This document shows positions 53,471 to 63,860 of a stretch of 64,000 nucleotides of DNA, in pieces. The notes below the pieces were generated by a model, which saw nothing but the letters and a program-made list of their open reading frames with translations, did not search any database and was not told the DNA's origin. Location: the NCBI GenBank assembly GCA_963779615.1, contig CAVZZA010000001.1:645743-709742 (forward strand), in the 5' to 3' direction. Positions within the stretch are counted from its first letter, which is position 1; every line of letters starts with the position of its first letter. Made by a program: the position numbers and the translations under genes. This stretch comes from an uncultured Nitrososphaeraceae archaeon. GTDB taxonomy: Archaea > Thermoproteota > Nitrososphaeria > Nitrososphaerales > Nitrososphaeraceae.

Positions 53471-55612
53471 TTAGCTCTTTGCAATCAATAATACATCAGA
53501 GTTTGTTTTATCCAGTTGCTCTCGAATGGCTTTAATCACCTGTTCCTTGGCAGTAAGGCTTGAAAAATCCAGTATCTGAAACCCGTCAATTAAGTGGATT
53601 TGAGGTGAAAGTTCAGAGGTAGATGAGAATTTAGATAATATGGATGGTAAGTTTTCTGATATGTCATTTGAATAACCTTTTATCAATTTTCCTTTCTCTA
53701 GGGATAATCTTACCCTGCCAAATTTATCCAGTACCAAAATTGATTGTTTTTTTATTTTAAACAAAAATTTTTTGTGCAAATATGAATTAGAGAATACGTA
53801 ATAATTTCCAATTGTGTTTTCTAAAACAATGTTTCCGCTTTGCCTAAACAACTCATTAGCCGTTTTTCTCAATTCGTCATTAGTCAATTCCTTGGAGATG
53901 GCGTCAGCGTCAGCGTTAGCAGCAGACAAATCCAATGTAATGTTACCTATGACCGTAACTCTAAGCACAGAACGTTCGCTGATGTACTCGGATTGAATCG
54001 ACAGCGAATCTGGTGATGCATTTTTGGAAATAGCCTCATTTTTGACTTCATTTATTAATTGGGAAACATCGTTTGGGGATGGATTGTTGATTGTACGCTC
54101 CTTTTCTTCATATATCATTCCTGTTGCCACGCCTATGGATGATATTACATCAGCATATTCTGCTTTTTTGTACTGAAACCCCATTTTTTTGGCTACCTTT
54201 GGGACTAAAACTGATACGCCACCGCCGCCACCAATTATGACCACTCGACTCTTTGCTAATTTGTACTCTTTTATTGCAGGGGTTATGTAATTGACAATTT
54301 TGGTGACGGAAATATCAAGAACTTGCTCGGCTATTTGTTCGTAGGGCATTCCAAGGTATTCCGATAGTTTTGCGAAGGTAATTTTTGCAGATTCCGCATT
54401 TCCATAGGCGTTGTCAGTGGCAGGAATAATGTTTAATGCATTGGCTGCACATGTATTAGTAATGCCATATATCTTTCCACTCTGAGTTTGGATACAAAGG
54501 TAATCTGATGGATCATCATTTAGTGGACTAGTAAGTATAATTTTTCCCTCCTTTAGTTCCATCGGATCAGCAAAACAAGAATATTCTAACCCCGCTATAT
54601 GTGACGATCTCGGGCCTACATCTACAATTTTTTTGCGATTGGAAATTCTCACAAGAGAACCGCCTGCAACTCCACAAATACGTACATCAAATGACCTGAC
54701 ACATGTGGGATGATTCATAATGGTAACGTAACGCATTTCAGGCTTTCCATCCTTAATTATGCTGATGTTTGTGGAAGTTCCACCTACTTCAATAAAAATG
54801 CCGTCCAAAATTTGTAAAAAAAGAAGCGCCCCAACCACGCTTGCAGCAGGACCAGACAAAACCGTAATAATGGGCCTGTGCAAAAAGGATTCCAATGTAG
54901 TTACGCCACCATCTCCTTTCATTATCATCAGTGGGACGGAGATGTCAAGTTTTTTTACCGCCAATTTGACAAAAGTTGCAGTACTGATGGCTTTTGGAAG
55001 AATGCTTGCATTGATGATTGCGGTTAGTGTTCTGATTTCTAATCCATATATGCCCGTCAATTCATGTCCAGCAGTACATGGCAATTTTGAATGTCTCATC
55101 ACAAAAATTTCGTTGCTTGGATCGTCCACGCCAAAGGCTTCACTGACAACAATAGATTGAGCACCATCGGAAACTAAATTTTCAATTGATTTTTTAACAT
55201 CAGATTCCTCCAAATATTTAGAGGTGTCTAAAAAAGCATAACAAGTCTTTAAAAATTTATCAGAGCCCAGTGGAATGTCCTTAATGTTGGTTCTTTTTAT
55301 AACATTGGATTTTTCCAATCCTACTCCCATTCCAACCACACCAACTTTTGCAACATCGCCTTCTAAAAGAGCGTTAACTGCCTGAGTGGTACTGTGAGAA
55401 ATTAGTTCTATTTCCTCAGTGTTTATGTTGTTCCTTTCGATTAAGGATGATAATACCTTGACAATTCCTTCGGAAACCCCATCTGCCGAAGAATGGGTTG
55501 TATGGATGGACATTTTTCCCATTATCTGTTTACTCAGGACGTCAATAGCCACTGCCTTTGTAAAAGTGCCCCCAACATCTATTCCGATCCTAATTTTTTT
55601 CATTATCCTCAT
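53471..55612 (-). CDS. Hydantoinase/oxoprolinase family protein
   Basis: GIDVGGTFT, HSTT..VNALLEG, LSGPAAS, EVGGTST, GGGGG. Confidence 0.9.
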   Translation of the reverse strand: MRIMKKIRIGIDVGGTFTKAVAIDVLSKQIMGKMSIHTTHSSADGVSEGIVKVLSSLIERNNINTEEIELISHSTTQAVNALLEGDVAKVGVVGMGVGLEKSNVIKRTNIKDIPLGSDKFLKTCYAFLDTSKYLEESDVKKSIENLVSDGAQSIVVSEAFGVDDPSNEIFVMRHSKLPCTAGHELTGIYGLEIRTLTAIINASILPKAISTATFVKLAVKKLDISVPLMIMKGDGGVTTLESFLHRPIITVLSGPAASVVGALLFLQILDGIFIEVGGTSTNISIIKDGKPEMRYVTIMNHPTCVRSFDVRICGVAGGSLVRISNRKKIVDVGPRSSHIAGLEYSCFADPMELKEGKIILTSPLNDDPSDYLCIQTQSGKIYGITNTCAANALNIIPATDNAYGNAESAKITFAKLSEYLGMPYEQIAEQVLDISVTKIVNYITPAIKEYKLAKSRVVIIGGGGGVSVLVPKVAKKMGFQYKKAEYADVISSIGVATGMIYEEKERTINNPSPNDVSQLINEVKNEAISKNASPDSLSIQSEYISERSVLRVTVIGNITLDLSAANADADAISKELTNDELRKTANELFRQSGNIVLENTIGNYYVFSNSYLHKKFLFKIKKQSILVLDKFGRVRLSLEKGKLIKGYSNDISENLPSILSKFSSTSELSPQIHLIDGFQILDFSSLTAKEQVIKAIREQLDKTNSDVLLIAKS

Positions 55613-55674
55613 CCATCAATAACAAGAAAAATATTCATATCATCATTTAAAGTAATTTAATAACATTAACAAGT

Positions 55675-56473
55675 TTAGAACTGCAGAGATACGTCATAAA
55701 TGATTTCCCTCGTGCCCATGTACCTGAGTATGTCCTGAAAGTCTTTTTTATTTGAGGAAACAAGTATCTCAAGTTTTCCGGGTACTGTTTTTATTTATGT
55801 CTTTATAGAACTGCAAATGATTCTTAACGTCCTTTGCAACATGGGATGAGGAGTCGATAAGTTTCACTGAGGGTAAAAGTTCCTCAAGATAATTCTTAAT
55901 AAAAGGTAAATGAGTACTGGATAGAGCGGCAACATCGATAGAATCTTCAAAATTTGATTGTATTACCTTTTGAATTGTTTTAAACGTGTGATTTCTATTT
56001 GACAAAAAAGAGCCATTTTCGACCAAATCAATAATGCCAGAAGAGTCTATTTTGGTAATAAAAATATTCTGGGGAACTTCTCTTTTTACCAAATAGTCAA
56101 ATTCTTTACTGTGCAGCACTCCGCTGGAAGCCATGATGGCGATGTGTTTTTTTTTGCTCATATTGGTTGCCTTTTTCAGCGGTGGTTTTGTAGGGATGAT
56201 GTCAATTGAGAATTTATTTTTTATTTCGTCAAAAACTTGAACAGAAGGTGTATTGGAAGCCATGACTATGAGTTTAGGCCTGTATTTTTCTAAAAAACTG
56301 ATGGAGTTTATTATTATGGATTTTAACTCATCTTTGGATTTTTTACCATAAGGAAAATTCATTTTATCGGCAAAGTATAGTATGTTTTCTGAAGGGATGA
56401 TTTTTCTTATTTCCCTGACAACTGACATGGATCCTAAACCGGAATCAAAAACTGCAATGGGGCGGTACAACAC
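55675..56473 (-). CDS. murI: Glutamate racemase-like protein (1-nt frameshift near 55780)
   Basis: AVFDSGLG and D..NFPYG.K; catalytic positions read ASNT and SSTH; removing one base extends the C-terminus GKLEILVSS…LQF to a stop at 55675. Confidence 0.8.
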
Positions 56474-56551
56474 GATAGATAACCTTGATTTAACTAAATT
56501 TAAATTAATAATTTATAGCAGTGATGATGCTTCTTGATAGCTCCATAAAAC

Positions 56552-57019
56552 TTATTTTTCAATACAACAAACCCCAGCAGGAATATGGTATCCGTGTGGA
56601 CATACTTTGGGGTGTTTTAGTAAAGTACACAATGCCTCGGTAAATATCTCTTTCATGTGATGTTCAATACCACATACCATTTCTTCATCAATGTCTATTT
56701 TTAAAGCATCTTTCATCAAAACTTCCAACAATCGAGTATTGCGTATCATTTGTTTACCTATTTTTTCCCCCTCGCCTGTAAGAACAACTATGGAGCCTTT
56801 CTTGTAGTCAATTAAACGAGAATCATTTAGTTTGTGAAGCATTTGAACAACCGAAGGTTGAGTTACATTCAATATTTTCGCTATTGAGCTAACTTTCAAC
56901 TCCTGGCCATTTTCTAAAATCGACCACATTGCCTTCAAATACATTTCAATGTGTTCTGCCTCTGCGGTACCCACATACAATTGTTCTGGTAATTCGGAGT
57001 GGTTTGGAGAAATAGTCAC
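56552..57019 (-). CDS. dtxR: DtxR/MntR-family metal-dependent transcriptional regulator
   Basis: EMYLKA, IA..LNV.QPSV..ML..L, LT.EG, RLLE, CGIEH, P.VCPHG..IP. Confidence 0.93.
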   Translation of the reverse strand: MTISPNHSELPEQLYVGTAEAEHIEMYLKAMWSILENGQELKVSSIAKILNVTQPSVVQMLHKLNDSRLIDYKKGSIVVLTGEGEKIGKQMIRNTRLLEVLMKDALKIDIDEEMVCGIEHHMKEIFTEALCTLLKHPKVCPHGYHIPAGVCCIEK

Positions 57020-57074
57020 TACTAAATGCTATATACGGTATATTTTTTAACTTTATCTGATAAAAATTTTGAAA

Positions 57075-57479
57075 TCAATAATGTGTTGTTTCCATTTGTT
57101 TTGATGGTTTTTGCATGTCTTTGACATCTTTGACATGAGGATTTTTCTCATTTTTTTTTAATTGCCAAATAACCCCTTGATTGTTTAACATCAATTCAAT
57201 GGATTGGATTTTGCTTTTATAGAAAACGACTTTTTTTCCTTTTTCATTAATTACAATTTTGTCAATAGATAGTATGCCCGAATCTTTTAGTCTTCTAATT
57301 TTTTTGTAGGTTGAACTTATTGCAATGTCATTCTCGTTACATATCTGAAAAACTGTTTTTGGTTCATCGATTGTCGACAAAAGTATTTTGTATGAAAATC
57401 CATTAAATAACTCCTTTAAAAGAGGCATGAATTCCTGTTCTTTGTTTTTAATTTCATATTGCTGGGTATGGCGCATCAT
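57075..57479 (-). CDS. Winged-helix (ArsR-like) transcriptional regulator
   Basis: KILLST..PKT..QI....I.ISSTYKKIRRL...G.L and GKK..FYKS. Confidence 0.85.
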   Translation of the reverse strand: MMRHTQQYEIKNKEQEFMPLLKELFNGFSYKILLSTIDEPKTVFQICNENDIAISSTYKKIRRLKDSGILSIDKIVINEKGKKVVFYKSKIQSIELMLNNQGVIWQLKKNEKNPHVKDVKDMQKPSKQMETTHY

Positions 57480-57510
57480 TTAGGTGCGCCTAATTGTTAG
57501 GGACACCTAA
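57480..57510. promoter_or_regulatory. Two DtxR-type operators at the wHTH-dtxR operon promoter
   Basis: ttaggtgcgcctaa (57480-57493) and ttagggacacctaa (57497-57510) between the minus-strand TATA (tttaaata) and the start codon. Confidence 0.88.
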
Positions 57511-57948
57511 TATTTAAACAGTATCTCTGTTAGGAGGAGTGTGGCAATCCCTGTTATCATGTTAGCCGAACTTGTCAATTGGGTAATTGGTTAACCCCAA
57601 AAATAACCTGCTCAACTTACCTGCGGTTTTGATATAAAAGTAATGCAAACAAAAAAAGAAATGAAACTTTAACACTATGGATTATCTTTTGTGGATTCAA
57701 TTCTGCTTATTCCAGTTATCTAATTTTCGACGGTTGTTAAATTACCTTTAGATTCCATACATGTCAAATTGTCCAGATTATTTACCTTGCCGACATATTA
57801 AAATAAACCAAAAAACAACCCTATGTGTTATATTTTTTTTATTGAATTTTACGTAAATAAGATATGACGAATAGTGGTTAAAAATAAAATAAAGAATAAA
57901 AAGGGGAGGTGGGTCGACTATTTTCAAAAAATATTGATAATTTCTACC

Positions 57949-59616
57949 TCACCTTACGTGTATTGTACCAACCATCGATGGGTGATAAATGCAATAATAG
58001 TCATAATCTCCTGGGCCGTCAAATATCAAACTAAAAGACTGTTTGGATAGTATGGCGTGAGAATCAAAGTCGGCCCCTGAGCTTGAATCGCCCGCAGAAC
58101 CAGACGTTACGGTGTGAGATATCGCATCATCATTGTACCATGTGACTGCTTGCCCTGCGCTAATTTCAATTGGCTCTGGGGAATATGAGGCCTTGCCCTG
58201 TATGCCCACAATTTTTGCAGGAATTGAGTCAGCAGGGGCAACGGAGGGGTTATTTTGCGCAGCGGTATCCGGCGTGTTTTGTGGTGCCGAACTTTCTGAA
58301 GATGGCATTATCCTATACAACGATCCGGGATAGGTTAAAACGTACAAATACCCATCAGGGCCCACTTCGAGATCAGTTATTCCACCAAAGCCTTGTCCAA
58401 AAATAATTGGTTCACTTTCTTTCGGACTATCAGCTTTGTTGTCAGATAGCATCGTTAAATCTCCAACATAGGTTGTATTGTTTATTGCAATGCCGTCTCT
58501 GTTGTCGTTGAGATTCAGCCTGTAAAGGTATCCGTTATTTATGTCTCCGGCGAAAAGATTGTTTGCATATTCTTTTCCCAATTTGTCTGAACTTAGGAAT
58601 TTGGCATCTGTTATGCCTATGGGCGTGTTGAACACGAATTTAGGATCACTGTACTGGCTATTTCCTAATTTCACCAGGTTGTTTTCTGAGGCGCCATTAT
58701 TTAGGCTATTATCCTTGGCATATCCTTGAATTTGGGCCCATCCACTGTTAAACCCCTGTTTGACTAGGTTGATCTCATCAGCTATGGCTGGGCCATTTTC
58801 AGTGTCCCACAAATTCCCAGTTATGGGATCAAAATCCATCCCAAAACTATTGCGAATGCCTATAGCATAATAAATGCTAAATGGTAGGTCGCTCCCAAAA
58901 ATGCTGTCACCGGGCACAGCTTGTCCATCCTGGGTTATTCTTAGGATGCCCCCGGTCCCGTCAGCAGCCGGGCCGCCATTGACATTTTGAGCCTCAGTTC
59001 TGTGCGCACCGACTTCTCCGATTGCCAGATATACATTATTGTCAGGCCCGATCAAGACTTTACCCCCAATGTGTTCTCCCCTGTTATTTTGAGGTGTGGC
59101 AGGCAGGTCTAAAAGACGAACAGGATTCAGTAATTCTCCATTTACATACTCATATCTATACAGTCTGTTGCCTGCAGGGTCGACATTATCGGTAAAATCA
59201 TCTCCGTCCTTTGCGCCACCTGACTCGGTATAATAAATAAAAGCGTAGATTTTGCCATCACTTTGTGTAGACAAAGCAATTCCCAACAAACCACGCTCTA
59301 TGGCATAGGCCACATCTACATCAAGCACAGGATTTGGCTGAATCTTGCCATCGCGTATTTCAACAACCGTACCGGTGTTCTTTTCTGTCACAAGGATATC
59401 ATTAGGGCCCAAAAAGGCCATACTTGTTGGGTATCTCAAGCCGTCAGTGACCTTTTCAACAGTAAGGCGTGGGTCATTTATTACAGGCCCAGTCGGTGAC
59501 GGTGGTGCCTTTGAATAAGCACCATATGATGTTTGAGAAGATGAAAATGTTCCAAAAATTAATATAAACATTAAGGCAAAAACAGACATCGACCATCGGT
59601 TAAGCATAACATTCAC
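57949..59616 (-). CDS. Secreted PQQ-dependent glucose/sorbosone dehydrogenase with C-terminal cupredoxin domain
   Basis: ERGLLG, H.GG....GPD, GIRNSFGMDFDP, TENGP, DEIN; C-terminal HTVT...YYCIYHPSM type-1 Cu site. Confidence 0.92.
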   Translation of the reverse strand: MNVMLNRWSMSVFALMFILIFGTFSSSQTSYGAYSKAPPSPTGPVINDPRLTVEKVTDGLRYPTSMAFLGPNDILVTEKNTGTVVEIRDGKIQPNPVLDVDVAYAIERGLLGIALSTQSDGKIYAFIYYTESGGAKDGDDFTDNVDPAGNRLYRYEYVNGELLNPVRLLDLPATPQNNRGEHIGGKVLIGPDNNVYLAIGEVGAHRTEAQNVNGGPAADGTGGILRITQDGQAVPGDSIFGSDLPFSIYYAIGIRNSFGMDFDPITGNLWDTENGPAIADEINLVKQGFNSGWAQIQGYAKDNSLNNGASENNLVKLGNSQYSDPKFVFNTPIGITDAKFLSSDKLGKEYANNLFAGDINNGYLYRLNLNDNRDGIAINNTTYVGDLTMLSDNKADSPKESEPIIFGQGFGGITDLEVGPDGYLYVLTYPGSLYRIMPSSESSAPQNTPDTAAQNNPSVAPADSIPAKIVGIQGKASYSPEPIEISAGQAVTWYNDDAISHTVTSGSAGDSSSGADFDSHAILSKQSFSLIFDGPGDYDYYCIYHPSMVGTIHVR

Positions 59617-60009
59617 GTAAAAATTAGTTGAGCGAATTAATTAAAGTGTTGCGTACAACCGTTTGTACGATTATTATTGTATAATCGGATAAACGTTTTT
59701 TCCATAACATTGGATCGTTCATCTCCCTCCCTAAAAGAATGCCCTGGTTTTGGTGCATTATTTTATGAAGTGAACTTTGGAGCCAATTTGAAAAAGGCAA
59801 CCAAACGGGCTCTAAAATAACTCCAAAACCTGGCTATTGAGAGATTTTCTGATTTAGATAAAATAAAGTATTTTATTTTTTTAGTAAAAGAAGAATGTTT
59901 ATAATTTGAAGCAAAAAGAGCATAACCAATACAGTATCTCTAATGATATATAGGGTATATGCATATAATATTTCTAAATACTACCCAATGAAACATAGTT
60001 TGAGAACAG

Positions 60010-60648
60010 TTGAAAATAATTGATCTTACACAGGAGATGACAGAAAGCACACAGGTTTTTCCAGGCTCCCCAAATTTAAAGATCTTAAAATGGTCAAACT
60101 ATGACCTGCATCAATATTATTCAGAGATGGTTTTTACAAGTACGCATTTGGGTACGCATATTGATGCGCCAATTCATTTTAGTTCGGGTGGAGAGTCAGT
60201 AGAACAAATCCCTTTAACAAAAATAGTGGTTTTAGACAACACCAAAGTATTAAAAATCATAAAAAATGACAATGAGGATATTGGTGTAAACGAGATAAAA
60301 AAATACAATGTAGAAAAAAATGACACTGTGTTAATATACACAGGGTGGTCCTCAAACAAGCTCAAAGATAAATACTTTAAAAAAAACCCTGGACTGTCAA
60401 AGATGGCCGCAGAATATTTGTCGGATTTGGAGATAAATTTGGTTGGAATCGATAGCCCTAGTATTGATCCAGCATTTGACAAAGAATTCAGTTCCCATAA
60501 AGTTTTTTCTTCCAAAAGCATCCCAGTAGTAGAAAATCTAATTAATTTGGATAAAATAAAAAAAGACAATTTTATCTTTATCGCTTTGCCGCTAAAGTTG
60601 AAAAACTGTTCCGGGTCGCCTGTTAGGGCAATAGCCATAATAAAATAA
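60010..60648 (+). CDS. Cyclase family / kynurenine formamidase-like metal hydrolase
   Basis: HLGTHIDAP.H, GIDSPSID, ENL.NL, GSPVRA. Confidence 0.92.
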   Translation: MKIIDLTQEMTESTQVFPGSPNLKILKWSNYDLHQYYSEMVFTSTHLGTHIDAPIHFSSGGESVEQIPLTKIVVLDNTKVLKIIKNDNEDIGVNEIKKYNVEKNDTVLIYTGWSSNKLKDKYFKKNPGLSKMAAEYLSDLEINLVGIDSPSIDPAFDKEFSSHKVFSSKSIPVVENLINLDKIKKDNFIFIALPLKLKNCSGSPVRAIAIIK

Positions 60649-61119
60649 TATTGCTCAATTACGCATATCATTAAGAGTTTTTCACTGTTAATAAATAGCC
60701 AAAAATCCAAAAATCCGTAATCAATAACAAAATGTTACATATAAAATACAATTATGATATCTTTGCTTTTGGATTTGTAGGGGTATCTATACTTTAATTA
60801 TTGCCTTATGCTGCTGTAGGATTTTGGAATCATCAGCTGTGATGGCAATGCTTTTATTTTTAAGAAATGCCGCTTGGCAAACAAAGAATCATTTCATTAA
60901 AGTTCTTGGTTGTTTTTAATTTTATGCCATAAATGCTTACTTTTACCATGATTCGCAAAATTATTTCTATTGAATAAAGCATATTAAATATCATTATCAG
61001 GGTTCCAAAGCTATATTTATTAGATAATATTTTAAAAAAAATTTTTCAAAAATAAAAAAATGCCAAACGAAGATGTTTCTTTGAAAGGTTGTTTTACCTT
61101 AAAAAATAAAACAACAGTG

Positions 61120-63309
61120 TTAGGAAGGATTGGAGTTTTTATGTCTTGGCTTGTATTTGCCAAGGAGCAATGAGTTTGTTACCACCGTTACAGAGCTCAA
61201 AGCCATTGCAACCCCTGCAAGTATTGGAAGCCAACCAAATACCCCTATTCCAAAGACAGGAACCAATGCCCCAGCTGCTATTGGTATCAGTCCCGTGTTG
61301 TAGGCAAATGCCCAGAATAGATTTTGCTTTATCTTTGCAACAGTTTTTTTTCCTAAATCCAAAGCAGTGACCACATCTCGTATATCATCTTTTATCAGTA
61401 TTATCCCCCCCGTTTCCTTGGCAACATCTGTTCCAGAGCCTATTGCTATTCCCAAATCTGCCCTGGCTAGGGCTGGTGCATCATTGATACCATCACCAAC
61501 CATTGCAACAATTTTATTTTCTTCTGTCTTTAATTTCTGAATTATTTCTTCCTTTTGTTGTGGGAGAACCTCTGCTATTACCCTGCCAATATTAAGTTTG
61601 GATGCCACTGCTTTTGCAGTTCTTTCGTTGTCTCCTGTAAGCATAATTACCTCCATCCCTTTGGATTTTAGGTCATTTATCGCCTCTTTGGCGTTTTCTT
61701 TTATTGTATCGGATATGGCAATTATTCCGGATAGGCTGTTATCTATTGCAACTAAAACTGCAGTTCTGCCTTCCTTTTCCAATGTGAAAAGTTTTTCATT
61801 GGTGTTTTCGGTAACTGGAATGTTGTTATTCTCCATCATCTTTCTGTTGCCGATCATAATTTCATGGTTTGAATACACTGCCTTGAGCCCATATCCTGAC
61901 AGTGCCTCAAAGGATTGGGGATTTGAGACAGTGATGCCATTTTCCTTTGCCTTCCTTATCACTGCCTGTGCCAAAGGGTGCTCTGAACCTGATTCGGCTA
62001 CCGCTGCCAGTCGGAGTAGTTCTTGTTCTCCAATATAATCTGTTAATGATATCAAGTCTGTTACTGCCGGTTTCCCGACGGTTAGAGTCCCTGTTTTATC
62101 AAAAACTATGGTGTCAATTTTGTTTGCTATTTCTATATACTCGCCCCCCTTGTACAGTATTCCATTTTCTGCACCTTTTCCAATTCCCATCATTAATGCA
62201 GCGGGTGTGGCTAAACCTAAAGCACAGGGGCATGCAATTATCATGACAGAGACAAATGCGAGAATGGAATAGGTTAGCCCTGCGTCTCCAATAAAGTACC
62301 ATCCCAAAAATACTCCAACCGCTATTGCAATGATTGCAGGGACAAAATATTTTGCTACCTGGTCTACCATTTTCTCCAATTTTGCCCTTCCCGTTTTCGC
62401 CTCCTCAACCAATGTTATTATTTTAGATAACACTGTGTCCTGGCCCACCTTTGTTGCCTTGACCTTGAGAAGGCCATTCTTGTTTATGGTAGCGCCGATT
62501 GCCTCATCGCCCTTTGTCTTGTCTACCGGTATGCTTTCACCGGTTATGGCAGACTCATCAATAGAGGATGTCCCGTCAATGACTATGCCGTCTGTCGGTA
62601 CCCTTTCGCCTGGCCTTACAATCATCAGGTCTCCTTCTTGTATTTGCTCCAACGGAATCTCGATTTCTTTAAATTCTTTTGAAACCATTTTTAATTCTGC
62701 ATTGTTTCCCTCTTTTATTATTGGTCTGACAACTCTGGCAGTCCTTGGCTTTAAATCAAGCAATTTCCTCACCGCATCCGAAGCCTTTTCCTTGGTTTTA
62801 GTCTCCAGTAGCCTTCCCACAAGAATTAACGTGATTATTATTGCAGCTGTCTCAAAATACACGGAAGTGAAAGGGAAATAGCCCGGAACAACAGTTACTA
62901 TTGCGCTATATAGGTATGCAGCTGTTGTTCCTATAGCTATTAATGTATCCATGTTGGATGCTTTGGCTTTAATCCCATCCCAGAACCCTCTATAAAAGCG
63001 CAGGCCAACCCAAAATTGTATTGGAGTTGCCAGGGCCATTATTATGTAATTGGTATATCCCATCATCTCCATCGGAAAGAAATGCCCTAGCTGTGGCACC
63101 ATGTGGGGCAAACTAAGTATTATTATTGGAATGGTGAGTGCTATGCTTATAGATACATGCATTTTTAATTTTCTTAGCTCCTTTTCGGGCTCAAGAAACT
63201 CATTTAAACATTGGGTGGAGCAAAAATAGTATGTTGTTCCATTTTTTGGGTGATGAATGGAATTATCGCTTTCCTCTACAAACATTCCACAAATCGGGTC
63301 TTTTGCCAT
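61120..63309 (-). CDS. copA: Cu(I)-translocating P1B-type ATPase with N-terminal YHS/TRASH domain
   Basis: KDPICGM...YYFCS..C; TGES, CPC, DKTGT, SEHP, GDGIND, YN, MALSS. Confidence 0.95.
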   Translation of the reverse strand: MAKDPICGMFVEESDNSIHHPKNGTTYYFCSTQCLNEFLEPEKELRKLKMHVSISIALTIPIIILSLPHMVPQLGHFFPMEMMGYTNYIIMALATPIQFWVGLRFYRGFWDGIKAKASNMDTLIAIGTTAAYLYSAIVTVVPGYFPFTSVYFETAAIIITLILVGRLLETKTKEKASDAVRKLLDLKPRTARVVRPIIKEGNNAELKMVSKEFKEIEIPLEQIQEGDLMIVRPGERVPTDGIVIDGTSSIDESAITGESIPVDKTKGDEAIGATINKNGLLKVKATKVGQDTVLSKIITLVEEAKTGRAKLEKMVDQVAKYFVPAIIAIAVGVFLGWYFIGDAGLTYSILAFVSVMIIACPCALGLATPAALMMGIGKGAENGILYKGGEYIEIANKIDTIVFDKTGTLTVGKPAVTDLISLTDYIGEQELLRLAAVAESGSEHPLAQAVIRKAKENGITVSNPQSFEALSGYGLKAVYSNHEIMIGNRKMMENNNIPVTENTNEKLFTLEKEGRTAVLVAIDNSLSGIIAISDTIKENAKEAINDLKSKGMEVIMLTGDNERTAKAVASKLNIGRVIAEVLPQQKEEIIQKLKTEENKIVAMVGDGINDAPALARADLGIAIGSGTDVAKETGGIILIKDDIRDVVTALDLGKKTVAKIKQNLFWAFAYNTGLIPIAAGALVPVFGIGVFGWLPILAGVAMALSSVTVVTNSLLLGKYKPRHKNSNPS

Positions 63310-63492
63310 ACCCTATATACCGGTTAAACCATATATAACAACCGGGCTTTACATTTGTAAATTGTAACCATTGCAGTTGTTTTTCGATTCTTATCTGCTC
63401 TGAAATAAATTACGTGGACCCTTTAGGTGAATATTATTTATTTCCAAATCCATTTTGACAGTAAAGAATTACTTTGATTGAAAAAAGTATCA

Positions 63493-63860
63493 ATGAAAGA
63501 TTAAACATTTGTCTCATTGCATAGCAAACAACCAGTAAATTGGGTTTTTGTCGTTGATAGCTGTCTTTGCTGGTCTCTTACATCACTAGCTGTTCTTGGC
63601 ATTCAATTTTCTGCCAACGCATTAGTTGTTATGGTTGATAATAAAAGTGGGATTATTATAAATCCTGAACAGGTATGATGATGGACCCAAAACTGGAAAG
63701 GCTATGATGGTGAATCCTGATAAATAGAATGATGGCTATGATATATGATAAAACAGGAATGATGATGGCAGTGAATACTCAAACGGATATGACAGAAAAT
63801 AAGACAGATGTGATGATGAAGGACCCAAGTATTGGAACCCATGATTCACAGTAAAAAAAC
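63493..63860 (+). pseudogene. Degraded gene for a secreted Met-rich (MMxxP repeat) protein
   Basis: Hydrophobic signal-like segment, then broken frames MMMDPKL, MMVNPDK, MMMAV and MMKDP; early stops. Confidence 0.45.

Noticed and set aside
61146-61156. 11-nt match (ttggcttgtat) between the ncRNA conserved linker and the copA 3' end
   Set aside because: Same sense as the copA mRNA rather than antisense, and short enough to be chance
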